Notes under the pieces: generated by a model
The model's input: only the letters and a program-made list of their open reading frames with translations
Databases searched by the model: none
Told to the model about the DNA's origin: nothing
Made by a program: the position numbers and the translations under genes
From: Epithemia pelagica
Lineage: Eukaryota > Protista > Bacillariophyta
Reading direction: 5' to 3'
Assembly (NCBI GenBank): GCA_946965045.2
Contig: OX337237.1
Span: 1,922,001 to 1,986,000 of the forward strand
DNA length: 64,000 nt
In this document: positions 1 through 11,330 of the stretch, piece after piece
How the letters are laid out: the number at the start of each line of letters is the position of its first letter
How positions within the stretch are numbered: position 1 is the stretch's first letter

Positions 1-467
1 TCCTGCATGAGTCCATCTTCCCTGCTCCTGTCCTGTATCAAACTATCTTCATCCATGTCCAAGTTCTCATCGAGTAAGTCTTCATATGTCATTGTTGTTT
101 GAACAATTTCATTGTCGAAATGATAGATACGTCCCTTTTGTGCAGCCACTGTCGAGTTCTCACCAATATCATATTCGATTTGATCACCATGACCTTCATC
201 GACACCAAGCTCTGAAATATACTGACAAGAACTACCTTCATCCGTTGGATGTGTTGTTCGCGTATTACTTTGTTTACCAATCAATGACTGTTTCGATGTA
301 TGCTTCTTCTTACATGCTAATTCGTGCCTGGCTATTCCTTGTCTATGAAATCCTTCACCACAAAACGTGCAAAAACGATCATACTTCCCGCTATTCGATA
401 ATGTATATCTTGATTGCTCTGGATTCTCATTTGTACTGTGTGGGAGTTGCTTCCTCTTTCTTCCCAT
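1..467 (-). CDS. N-terminus of Plavaka-like transposase (copy 1; open to the window edge), with a C2HC zinc finger
   Basis: Manual translation from ATG at 467 gives MGRKRKQLP...CTFCGEGFHRQGIARHELAC...EDGLMQ with no stop. The homologous copy at 63456 leads into the Plavaka-like domain. Confidence 0.7.
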   Translation of the reverse strand, partial: MGRKRKQLPHSTNENPEQSRYTLSNSGKYDRFCTFCGEGFHRQGIARHELACKKKHTSKQSLIGKQSNTRTTHPTDEGSSCQYISELGVDEGHGDQIEYDIGENSTVAAQKGRIYHFDNEIVQTTMTYEDLLDENLDMDEDSLIQDRSREDGLMQ

Positions 468-901
468 GGCCGTTCTAAAGTTATCTTGTTATTCCCTTTG
501 GAATCGAATACAATGCAACAACCAACGAAGGTGGACGAAGAAAATAATGACATCAGTGTCGTGCGTACTTAGGTACGTGGTCAACCCTGCTTCCGGGGGA
601 GAAATATTATAAATATTTCTGGGGGATATAACGGTCGAAAATTTTTTTTCAACACTGGAAAGAAAATTCGTTGCAAGCGTGCAGGTCTAAAACGGGAAAC
701 CTGATTTCTCGGCTGTTGGCAAAATTTCAAACTGAAATAAATACAGAACGATTCCAACCAAAGCAAGTAAAAGAATTTCAAACCATGATACCAACCTAGT
801 CTGAAGACGATGTGTTTTGAAACCTGGAACCAGGACTCGTTGTTTCTTTCTAGTTCATTGATTTGGAACAGTGCTCAGGTTACCCATAAAGTGAAAGAAG
901 T

Positions 902-1387
902 GTGGACAAAAAGGCAACGACCGGTAGACGCGTACAGGTGGATCGAGGAGGAAGCAGTGCCCGTCAAAAGGCAATGAGTGACCGCAACCAAGCATACAGA
1001 GACAGACGCGAAAAAGATATAGAGAAACAAGAGAGAGAGGCCAGGCAACGCCAACAGAACCGGGAGAGACAGCAGGCTCAAGATAAGGAAAACCAAGTCG
1101 GAAATCAGGCTAACAATCGTCTCTCGTTATCTGGGCAAAGTACTAATGTTGGAAACGTACAAGAAACTGCATGTGGAGATATTGATAGATCGGTGGAGCA
1201 GGGTTCACATGACAGTCGATCCAGACCTCTGTTTGGAGACTCCACGATGAATGATAATATGAGAGATGACAGGTTGGGAGACTCCACGCTGAACGATAAT
1301 ATGAGAGACAGAACAGACACTACAGGTTTGAGAACACAGCCTACAACAATGTCCCAAAGGAACCCCACCAGAGACAATGGTGTGTAA
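902..1387 (+). CDS. Hypothetical R/Q/D-rich ORF of the element (possibly the first exon of the downstream gene)
   Basis: 161-aa ORF divergent from the transposase, with an internal in-frame 42-bp duplication (GDSTxNDNMRD x2). Its start is also present in copy 2. Confidence 0.4.
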   Translation: MDKKATTGRRVQVDRGGSSARQKAMSDRNQAYRDRREKDIEKQEREARQRQQNRERQQAQDKENQVGNQANNRLSLSGQSTNVGNVQETACGDIDRSVEQGSHDSRSRPLFGDSTMNDNMRDDRLGDSTLNDNMRDRTDTTGLRTQPTTMSQRNPTRDNGV

Positions 1388-1565
1388 TCTATCATTTTTG
1401 ACAATCGTCACATGGATCATACTCACATACTTGTCCCTCTAATGTACTCAACAGACACAAATCAACAGAGTATGTCTGATATAGCACAACCAGTCGGCAC
1501 TGAAGTTAGTAAGTTGTAATGAAATTCCTTTGAAGAAAGGTTGACATTCAAGCCATCGGCAGCTA

Positions 1566-2832
1566 ATGCATGTGGGTGATATGATGGGAACAGGTGGACA
1601 TGTCGCTCATGATGTTTCTTCACTTTCGGATATGTCCTTTACCACAGGTGGATTTTCCAATCGGAGCCATTTTACAGCTGTGACACATTCGACATCAGAA
1701 TCTCAAAAGGCAAGAAAAGACTCATCTGCATCTGGTGACATGCCAGTTTCTGAAACAACTTCCTTCAAATGGTTTGCTACCAGGAATTGTTTTAGGGTAT
1801 GCAAATATTGGAGTGACGAGGATAACATACCAGATGAGAAAGGGTTGTACAAACTTGCAAAGACTTACTTCAAGGAATATTTTCGAAGGAACGGGCTCAC
1901 TAACAAAAATATGAAAGAGACATGGTGGGTTGAATATGTTCCTCGCGTGAAAAGATATTTGGGAGTGAAAAGGTCGAATGTACTTGCCACATTCGCAAGA
2001 GCTTTTAAGGGTAAGACTCGTCCCAATCAGACTGCCATTGTGTTCTTCTTCTTGGCTTACTTGTGTCTCTTCATCTTCTGTAGCCCAAGTCAAGAAGGAT
2101 ATATGGAGATTTTACAAAGATGGCGTTCTCAAAAACACGTTCCCAACGATGTGCCCAAATGATGAGTATGGTAAAATGCCTTCGTTGGATGAGATGTTGG
2201 AAATGAGAGGAGATGATTGTAATAATAGTGCTTATGCATACATGATCTTGGTGTTTGCTCCAGCTGTCTGCGGAGAGTCAGTGACGAAGGAAGTTTTTGA
2301 TTTTGACCCTTCAGACGAAAATATACCAGAAGATGAAAAGAAGAGATGGTGGAAGAAGGCAGCAAAGAAAATTACACCAAGCGACGAGGCATTCATGTTA
2401 ACAATTCTTGAGGACAATTGGGATGTGTGGACATCAGAGGCAACCCTTCAGTTGAAATGGTCAATCAAGGCATTAGACCCTGTCTGGTATGGTGAAATGG
2501 ATGTTGAGAACGAACTAGTAAGTGAGCAAATGGATAAATATACATATTCCGGAAGAATGGGTAAAAACAGAAAGATGGATGCAAGAGGGTTGAACAGGTA
2601 TGAACAACTACAAAACAATGTCGTTGAAGACAGGAAGAAAGAGGTAGACAATGAATTTTGGAGATTTCTCAATACAGAGTATTGCAGAGTGATGAACTAT
2701 GGTAATAAAAGAAAGGGTGGTAGTACTGTGCAACGGAAGCGGAAGTTATATCTATGTGAGGAGACTGAAGATGAGGAGTCTGTGGATGGGGATGACAATG
2801 TGCAAGTGCAAACAGTATTAGTGCCAATTTAG
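1566..2832 (+). CDS. Spliced accessory gene of the transposon (intron 2011-2083), unknown function
   Basis: Removing a 73-bp GTAAGA...pyrimidine-rich...TAG intron joins ORF 1566 in frame to ORF 1978 (AFK|AQVKKDIW). The TPSDEAFMLTILEDNW motif resembles accessory ORFs of CACTA/Plavaka-type elements as I recall them. Confidence 0.6.
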
Positions 2833-3194
2833 GTAGAGGTTTTATGTCAGAATGAAGAATAACATGATTGCCAAAATGCCCGTATGACAAGTCCTAGTAT
2901 GCAGTGATGATGCCCATGAATTGAAAATAGTATGACCAAGTGAAAGCACATGTGTTGTTAATATCATGTCAGGGGAATGTCCATGTGTGGTTTATACTAT
3001 GACGGTGGAATGCTCATGTTGTTGTTTGTATAATGTGAACATGATGTGCCTGGGTATGTTCAGTATTGACTGTTCATGTCCATTTGTGTTCTGGTTTCAT
3101 TCATGGAAAGTGTACATACGGGTGGTATCAAATGGATGGCAATGTACCCCTATTATGAAATGAAAATGTGCCAACTTTCGGATAATTAACGCGC

Positions 3195-3305
3195 CCATTG
3201 GGGTAAATTATATGTATGAACTGGGGGCATTTTATGTACAATTGGGGTGCATTTTATGTACAAATGGGGGGTGCATTGGGGGTGCCTTATTACCCCCTCA
3301 GATGT
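3195..3305. repeat. Subterminal repeats, hairpin and candidate right terminal inverted repeat
   Basis: Repeated GGGG(T)GCATTTTATGTACA units; hairpin GGGGGT-8nt-ACCCCC at 3278-3297. The reverse complement of 3293-3305 (ACATCTGAGGGGG) matches 49777-49789 (ACATCTAAGGGAG) at 11/13. Confidence 0.55.
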
Positions 3306-6300
3306 TGTTTTTGGGGTTCACGACGACAGTTACTTGTGTCCTTGTTGCATCTTCAGGTAAACCGGTGAGTACCAGTGTTTTGCTGTCTTGTACAATCTTT
3401 TCGCCGTCGTAAGTCTGAAGCAAACTCTGTGTCGATAATAGTCTGACACTTGTCTTGGGTACCAGGAAGGCAGGGATTCGGAGTTGTCTGATGTTTCCAG
3501 CGGAATCAAGAATGCTCCACAAGACCTCTCCTCGGCCAATTGCTTTTATGCGATTGGCGATGCCTTTCACTTTGAAGTTCGGTAGTGGTTCGATCTTCCC
3601 CACGAAGTCTTTCTCGTTGTTGGTTATGGAGATGCTGGCGCCGCTATCCCAGATAATGGGATAGGACGCGTCGCTTGGCATCGCGCTCCTCAAGGCCATT
3701 GGATCCAGAAGGCACTCTTCCAAACCAGCAGGAATAATGTACCTCCATGAGTTGTAGTTGTGTGTGTTCCCCAAGACTTGAAAGGCATTGAAGGAGCAGA
3801 GTTCCTCAAGGTGCGCTGTCAAACCAAAGACTTGTCTTGGGGTTGATGACTGGCGGCTGCTCCTCAAGGCTTTACTTCGAGTGGGTGAGTGGTTATCGGT
3901 GTTTCTGTTACGACGATTGGGCGTCGTGAACGAGGTTCGGTTGTTGTAATGGAAGCGCTGGTAGCTATTCGTGGGAATCACAGAGCTGCGGGTTCCCATG
4001 GGTGGATTGAACCTGGTACGTACTGAGTTGTTGTTGTTGTTGTACGGAGTTGCACAACGAGGGAGAGGGATTGGCCGTGGCATCCGTTGTCGCATACGTG
4101 CTCGTTTGTGTGCCGGTGAGGAAGTCACGGATCGAAACGATGGCTTTCGCTTGACACGAGGGTGATTAAAAGGGAATGCAGTGTTCTTCCCTCTTTTCGG
4201 ACGGGTACTGACGGGTGCACACGGAGGAGCAGCATGCGTGGAGTCAAAAGAATCCAGATGCAACAACTTGCAAAACGACCCAACAATCAAACGGACGCAA
4301 ATGAGCGGAAAACGGTGGCTCATTGCATAGGCCAGGCCATTGCTCACCACACGCCACAATCCACCAGAGGACAAAGTAGAGGATGCCGGATGGAGAGTGG
4401 CACGGAAATGGTGGGCTGAAGGTGGCGATGTGGAGTTGAACAAAGGAGAAGGGTGGCCTGTCACGGGTGAAATGGTCTTTGGAAGCAAGATCAATACAAC
4501 AATCCAGCAGGAAAGCCAAGAAAAGAAGGCGGGTTGGCATGAAGGATGTGCCAAAATGCTCCAGAGCAAAGCCCATAGTCCATAAAATAAGGTCTTGGTT
4601 CCCATCCAGTAGTAGCCAAAGCTAGACATGATAGATGCCATGCCGTCTGTGAAGACTGTAGTTGCATAGCTGGAAGGTTGGGGCGACGGCAGAAGATAGA
4701 GGACACTGGGTACCACCATGATCAACGTGATGAAGCTAGCGCGTAGCATGTGATGCCGCAAGGATCTTGAGTCAACAGTAGTGTCGACAGGCGCGGGGGC
4801 GCGTGGTGGAGTCACATAAGGACGACCACGGCGGGTTGACTCGGTGTATGACACGTCAAAGGCAGCCATATAAACTCCCGCGTGGTCATCGGTAGGATAG
4901 GACTTGTCTTGGTCAACAGTTACAGTAGAGATGTCATTAGAAGAGACTCGATCGGGAGTGACGGTAAGACAAGGGCGATCCAGGTTGTACCACGGTGGTG
5001 GAATTGGTCCACATTTCGTCAGTTCATAGGCTAAATCATGGATGAGACTTAAACCAGCATGCTCGTAGGGCGACCCTGGTGTTTGCTCGCACTCAAGAAT
5101 AAAATACCACATGTCGCGAATCATGCGACGGGTATTTTGAATCCGAAGAGTCAAAAGATCTTTGAGTCCCGGGTCGGACGCATGAGAATACTCAGCATAC
5201 AAAAACCATAAGTGGTCGGCCGCACTTGTGATCAGCTCATTCATGGTGTCAGGATGGCAAGCTAGTTCGGCTTCATTTTCTGCAGCATCGTCACCTTGCA
5301 AGTTTGTGGTGTCTTCAAAATCCACCATGGCAACACAGGCACAGTATTTTGCAAATGGATTTTCACTGCGCTTTTTGGTTCGAGAGTCGTCGTCGGTTTC
5401 GCTTGTATCTGTTGGTACGTACAGTGCACTAAGTTGACTGTTGTCGACGAAAGAAGTGGATGAGACAGATTCATCAGCCATTTTCTCCAAGGTCTCACAC
5501 GCTGCGCTTCTTGAATGTAGATCGACGGGCGGTGGATCGGAAATATTCACTGGAGAAGGCGTGGCGTTGCTCTGATTCAGGAACGAGACAAATTGATCAT
5601 ATTGTTGATCAATAGGTCGGTGCTCCATGATTCGAGAGCGAAGAAGACAGGGAAGAGGAGTTGAGTGCACACTCATTTCTGGCCAGACGGGAGCTGGGTT
5701 TGGATGGTTCGGGATCCTGGTTCCATCAACGAACCATCCCACGAACCATTCTTCGTCCTTAACGCGCTGATAGGCGACAGCTACGGTAAGTTCTGGTTCT
5801 TGATGTCGAAGAGCATATACCGTGTATTGCGCCCTCTCGTACCTCATTCCTTCTCTTTTTGCTGTGTTGGCTTCTTGCTCGATGGAGATGCGTGGATCAC
5901 GTGGGCGTGGCCGAGGCACAAAACTTCTGGTCCACTGCTCGAGAGCTTCGGTGGCAGGAGTCGGAAATTGGTCATTGCGCAATGGCGTCGGGTTCGTCAA
6001 CGGTGAAATGTCGGGTCGTCGAAGAGCTGGCGGCTTCGAATCGTCCAGGAGTCCTTCCTGCAGGTTCTTTAGGTGAGTAAGATCGCTGGTATTATCATGA
6101 CTGATAAGCGATCCTTCTTGTGTATCCATGGTTGTATCCAAACCATTTTCAATCTCACCACTATCTTGTTCATCTTCCTGCTTGATCTTGGTGCTGTCGA
6201 AACTCTTGTCGTGCACAGCTGCGTTTGCCTCGACGCTAGGGAAGGTACGTTGGTCTGTGGCACTGTGGTCACTGTCGTACCACATGTCAATGTCGTCCCA

Positions 6301-6444
6301 CCTGTCGAAGTATAATGTCTTGGCATGCGATCCACTCAACTTTTGCTTCTTCTTTTCTTGTTCATCTTCCTTATTGCTTGCCAAACTTGGTAAGTCTTTG
6401 TTTGCCACAGCTGGTGTGAGTTTTCGTGCTACAAGTGGTGGCAT
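3306..6444 (-). pseudogene. pol: Copia gag-pol spacer plus aspartic protease, cut at ~3305
   Basis: YPIIWDSGASISIT...VKGIA...GRGEVLW...LLSTQSLLQ is a Copia protease motif. The ORF stops abruptly at the DNA-transposon end. Confidence 0.85.
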
Positions 6445-6589
6445 GTCAGCTTACTCATCTTTGTTGTCTTCGCTTTCAGTGGAGCTGTCGTCATCCTTGT
6501 GAGGTCGACAGATCGAGACTGTTTCATTTTTCTTTTCTTTTGTTTCTGTGTTGCAGGTGCATGCTTCATTGTTGTCATCCTTCTGGTTG

Positions 6590-7333
6590 CTATCGTTGTG
6601 ATTGGTGGCATCTGGTTCGTTGTTGTTGGGTGACAGGATGCGGCGCAATTCGGGGCAGTGTCCAGTCAGTGTCATCATCGTCATTTCCAGAGTTGGTGGA
6701 ACTGCAGTCCATGGACGAGCTGTCGTCGGATGGTGACATGTCCCAGATGGTGAAGAAGACGTAGTGATCGACGGTGTCCTTACAACAATCAACCAAATCT
6801 TCACAACAATCAACCGAATCGCAACAATCATCGTCATCATTCATCAAAGCTTCGCAACAATCCACAGAGGCAAGGGACATACAGTCGGGTAAAGTAGCGA
6901 CGGGCAAGGTTGGAGGATTAAGTTGGTCGAGGTCGAACTCGGTCTGCCAAGCGGATACTTCGAGTTCAAGCTTCTTCGCATGGGTGGCATTCCGAGGTTT
7001 TGCTTTGTCCTTGTCGCCAGGAGACTTTTTGTACCCAACAATATGATTTGCCGTGGTGTGAGAGGTGTTCCAACGGGTGCAAACACCACACCAGAACCAC
7101 CGCTGGCCCTGAATCGTCTGCTGGTCAGGTGCACCAGGAGCAGGAGGGACTTTCTTCCAAGGGTTAGCCTGGGATCGATCGATGCGAGTGTTGTTACGCT
7201 TGTGAGTGGGCTTTCCCTTCCTGTCGCGGTGATTGGAGCCAGGCTGGGTATTTGGTCCATTGCTTGGAGTCGGGTTAGAACCCGGCGGGTTTCGAAGCGT
7301 CTGAATGAGTGCATTTAGACTAGCTTGAGTCAT
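6590..7333 (-). pseudogene. gag: Gag C-terminal part with zinc-knuckle-like motif
   Basis: WFWCGVCTRWNTSHTTANH motif, a frameshifted continuation of the gag ORF. Confidence 0.75.
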
Positions 7334-8595
7334 AATAGGATTCTGTTTCTTCTTAGTCCTCGAAACGGTAGCCTTGTTAGCAGTGAACGATGAGGGGACG
7401 GATTTGGAATCAGGAGAACTTGTTTAGGTGACCATTCACCTTCCTTGATACAGATTAGGTACTTCTTGTTGGCCTCCTCGATAACATCCGTGTACAAAAG
7501 TCGCTCTTTCTTCATATGACTGTCTCCGATAGAGCGATCTAGAAACCAAAAGTGGATGATCCCGTCATTGACACGCTTGTTCAGAGTAAGTAGGTCGAAC
7601 TTAGGCGTGTCAGGCCATTCAGTCTTGAGGATGTTAGCTAGGAGGTTCTCGGTGAGAGTGTGGTCGTACTGTCCAGCTGCGATCAACGGTCGCGCTTTTT
7701 CCGAAAAATCTTTGGTCAACGCCATAATATCGTGACCAGGATACTTGTGAGGCACAAGAGCTCGCATCTCGTGCTTCACTTGTTCCCAGTGCTGCGGGGA
7801 ATCATGTGTCACAATGGTGACAAGGACCATAAAGAGCTCGGGGAAGCACGTCACTTCCCTACTTTGGTCCTCAACTTCATGCCGAAAGGACTTTTCCAAA
7901 CAGTCGAGTAAGTAGTCCTGGGAACTGACGTCGTTGTTCCGGTCGTACTTGTCGTAACTAACAATCTGTGTCTTCATCAATTCCTTGACCTTGCTCATCG
8001 TGTATTTCGGGTGTTCGATTACAATAAACAACATGTCTTTGGGATCATGAGGATTGGGAAGGTATGCGATCGAGTCCATTCCGTGTTTAATCAAGTGCTG
8101 CTTGATTTCATCCTGGAGACGGCTAAAATCACCGGTCTTCTTGCTGAACTTGTCATCAGACCCAATGATGCGATCATAATATTTCTTGTCGGTCAGGGTA
8201 CGTATCTGCATCGTCCGCAATGGCTCTGTTACCTTTACCTCTAACCCATCCCACTTGTACGTGGGTTTTCCTCCTGTCCAGGCCACCCATTCGTCCTTCT
8301 TGCTTCGGACCAGTCCGCCGATCTTCGGCGTGTCGGGGCGGTAGTCGATACCGGGTGGAGGAGAAGGAGTCTCGTCACTCATGGTGGTCTTTCTTCTTTG
8401 TCGTTGAGATGCAACAATCAAACCCTGATGTGGGGTGTCGTCGTTAGATGGACCTGGTGGAGACTCAACAATCTGCGAATCCGAAGCAGCAATACTCTGT
8501 CCTTGTTCGTCAACAAGGGTGTCTTCGTTCGTCGGATTGGCTACAGGTGTTGGAAGATCAGCAGATACTGTGTCTTCGTCACCTGGTATAGACAC
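7330..8595 (-). pseudogene. gag: CoDi-like Gag
   Basis: 421-aa ORF immediately downstream of the LTR/PBS, with WVAWTGGKPTYKWDGL and LIKHGMDSIAYLPNP motifs typical of diatom Copia gag. Confidence 0.8.
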
Positions 8596-8843
8596 GAGGT
8601 CGAAGCTTCCTGCACCACTGGAAGTTGGTGAGTCCTCGTCGCTCGTGTTGGTACCTTGGTTGGAGCCTTGTTGGCTTCCGGCGCGCTTGTTTGGATGCTA
8701 GTGGGACGATAACCACGTAGCAGATGGAGATTTGTCGTTCCCTTCCTGAGGAATACAATAATTCACACGGAAGAGAGGTCGATTCGGTCCGTCGATCTTG
8801 TCGGCAATACGATAGAGAAAACGTACGGTTCGTCAGCCTCTTT

Positions 8844-8857
8844 GGGCTCTATAACCA
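8844..8857 (-). promoter_or_regulatory. Primer-binding site (tRNA-Met-like)
   Basis: The minus strand reads ...ACATCA ag TGGTTATAGAGCCC, 2 nt after the LTR end, similar to the canonical TGGTATCAGAGC. Confidence 0.75.
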
Positions 8858-8859
8858 CT

Positions 8860-9657
8860 TGATGTATGTAGAAAACTAACGTAAGACGTGATGGTTAGTG
8901 CTCTGTACTTCTGTAGTCAACCGGTTCACTCGGTACACGATGGGGCCCTCACCTTGTACTAGGTTAGTATGGTTGACTCCTTCCTAAAGGTTGCTTACAA
9001 CTTTCAGGTTTTTATAAGAAGTGAGCTTATTCTATCGAAAGTGTTTGTTTCTCACGATTGCTCTTTCATTACTTCCTTTCAGTCATAAAGAGTTTACTTT
9101 TCCCGAACCGTTGGGCCCGGTGAAGAAACATCTTTGACTTCTAGGTAAGGCGCTACAGACGCTCTACGTTTAGGGACTAATGGAACCTGTTCTCCTAGTG
9201 CATAGAACCTGTTCCATATACTCAAACTGCGAGGGATGAAGGCGGAACTATCGACTTGAACCAAGGATCCATGATCCTTTGGTGAATCTTGTTGTAAGTT
9301 GGAGACGTGTATGTTTTAGGTGAGACATAGCCTGGACTGCTTCCGAGTGGAGCTCGTCCGGCTTTTGCCTGTCGTGGATAGTAGTGGGCATATGTAAATG
9401 TGTATCACAAAACACCAGGGTTATTCCAGGAGGGGACATTGTACCGCAGGCTCGGACATGTCACATACATGGGCACATATGGTTCAGCTTCGTCAGCCGT
9501 CCACGCACGTGTTCGCGCAAGCTTGCAGGACAGATGGCATAGCTATATCATGGTGGACGTGTACTCTCATAGAGTCTAGGTGTTGTTCTTCGAAAGGTAG
9601 TTTTAGGTCTATAACTAGCCGTACTTTAACTGACAGACAGTGTTCTTGTATACATCA
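8860..9657 (-). repeat. 5' LTR (798 bp)
   Basis: Bounded by the perfect 8-bp inverted termini TGATGTAT...ATACATCA (TG...CA rule) and adjacent to the PBS. Confidence 0.85.
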
Positions 9658-9814
9658 AAACTTGGATGTCATCCCAAAAGTGAAACTCCTAGTACATTCC
9701 TTCACTGCAAGGACTGAGTCAGCATTCTTTGCCATTCTTGTTGCCTTTTGTGTCTTTCTTCTTTTTTGCAGAGAACCATTCTTGCTTGTAGCAACCATCA
9801 TTTAATCACATTCT

Positions 9815-9997
9815 CTGAAGTGTGGCTACAACCGGTGCACACCGAATGCCATTCTTTACGGATCTCCTGAGTACAGTGGAATCGGCATGAGATCTTTCTA
9901 TGCTGAACGAGGGATAGCACAACAAGCGTATACCCTAATGGCCTTTCTACGTTCTGAGGGACTCCCATGTGACCTTGCTTTGATCATGATCTCGTAT
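9815..9997 (+). pseudogene. Ambal-like non-LTR RT C-terminal fragment
   Basis: Manual translation: LKCGYNRCTPNAILYGSPEYSGIGMRSFYAERG. Confidence 0.6.
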
Positions 9998-10140
9998 GGC
10001 TTCCGAATCTTCATTTTCTCGGAACTGTCGACTGCCGTCTTGAAATAGCAAGCACTTTTGTTCCTCCGCTGTAACGGGAAAACGACTTGTTTTTGATGGA
10101 CAAGGCCTTACAATTCACTTCCAATTCAACCAAACTCTAC

Positions 10141-10339
10141 ACCAGGAAATAGTTGGCTGAGAGGTGAGGTTGTCGAAAGGGTGAAAGGAGAGGGAACAAT
10201 CTGCTGGGACCAGGAAATAGTTGGCTGAGAGGTGAGGTTGTCAAAAGGGTGAAAGGAGAGGAAACAATCACCAGGAAATAGTTGGCTGAGAGGTGAGGTT
10301 GTCGAAAGGGCGAAAGGAGAGAAAACAATCTGCTGGGAC
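10141..10339 (+). repeat. Tandem repeat, 3 copies of a 61-68 bp unit
   Basis: ACCAGGAAATAGTTGGCTGAGAGGTGAGGTTGTC... starts at 10141, 10209 and 10270. Confidence 0.95.
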
Positions 10340-10861
10340 TGAGCGAGTGAGTCTACCTACCAAGATTGCCCAATCCTGGTTTGGCATTTGATTCATGGGT
10401 CTCATCTACATCAATTGATAACAATAAACACCGTTTGATTGTCATGTGCATGGGAAGATGGTCCGTATCCCTATGTTGGACTTGACAGTAAACGACAAGG
10501 AGAAGGATGATGATGATAAAGTTGCCGACACCGACTATCATGAATCCGAAGATGACGAAAACAATGACACGTGATCATAGCGTAGTACTACTTAGTTACC
10601 ATGTGCGTACTACCACTACCATGCATGTAGGACATGATACTTATAGTCAAGTGTACTTTAACTTCCCCAGCCTGTGTTAACTTCAAAGTCATTGTATTGT
10701 ATGTGCACCATCAATATAATAATACCCTGCTGACCAATCCATTTTCCAATACCTTCCGCGCCATCGATAGAAAAATTGCTGTCATCGAAATCTTCCAATC
10801 CATCCAACAGCTTTTTGCCCTTGAACTTAAGATTGTTCACAATGTCGTGAAATGAATGTGT

Positions 10862-11330
10862 CTAGTAATAAAGAGAGCTTCTGTATCTGGTCATTCCTCC
10901 GTATGCACAGCAGCTGGTGGTGGCTGTGAGGATTTTTGTCTTGGATTGGCAAAGGTTGAGACGAAATGGTCGGCCGAGTTCTTGCAATCGTTCCAGAAAC
11001 CAAGGGAGGTCTTGATATGGCAGACAGATGGATGCGTCATCCACGACGGACGTGGTGTGTGCGACGGGCAAAGGCACTTAAGAGTTCATGACGACCAGAT
11101 CCTTCCCAAGTCACTGCCCTGTCCCTGGACCCTTGCAAACCCCCAGCCGCATCACCCACGAAGACACGTGGGCGCCAACCTAAACACGCACATCCTGACG
11201 TCCCATTACATACGTATTTGACTACTTCATACTGCCAAAAGGCAGGTATCTACCCATGCCGAGAATGCAACTCCCCAGGCAAGATATATGCTGGCAACGC
11301 CCACCTCAAAGTCTCCACCTCAATGAGAAA
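10862..11330 (-). pseudogene. CRE-type non-LTR RT fragment
   Basis: VDDASICLPYQDLPWFLERLQELGRPFRLNLCQSKTKIL; paralogous to the fragments at 30020-30310 and 47370-48330. Confidence 0.6.

Larger units (their letters stand above)
1..3305. mobile_element. Right-hand part of a large Plavaka/CACTA-like DNA transposon (copy 1, truncated by the window edge)
   Basis: 1-1011 matches 63042-64000, which lies inside the transposase-bearing element. It ends in subterminal repeats and a 13-bp sequence (3293-3305) that is an inverted match to the left end of copy 2, at the point where the Copia pol ORF is cut. Confidence 0.75.
3306..9657 (-). mobile_element. Ty1/Copia (CoDi-like) LTR retrotransposon, 5' half, degenerate and truncated after the protease
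   Basis: LTR, PBS, gag, zinc knuckle and aspartic protease lie in order on the minus strand. There are at least two frameshifts (~7430, ~6630) and one stop (6451-6453). Confidence 0.9.

Noticed and set aside
8704-8718. TGGTTATCGTCCCAC (minus strand) as the PBS
   Set aside because: It is not adjacent to a CA-terminated LTR end. The site at 8844-8857 fits both position and tRNA-Met similarity.
10141-10339. Possible CRISPR array
   Set aside because: The units abut directly with no unique spacers, there are no cas genes, and the context is eukaryotic. It is a simple tandem repeat.
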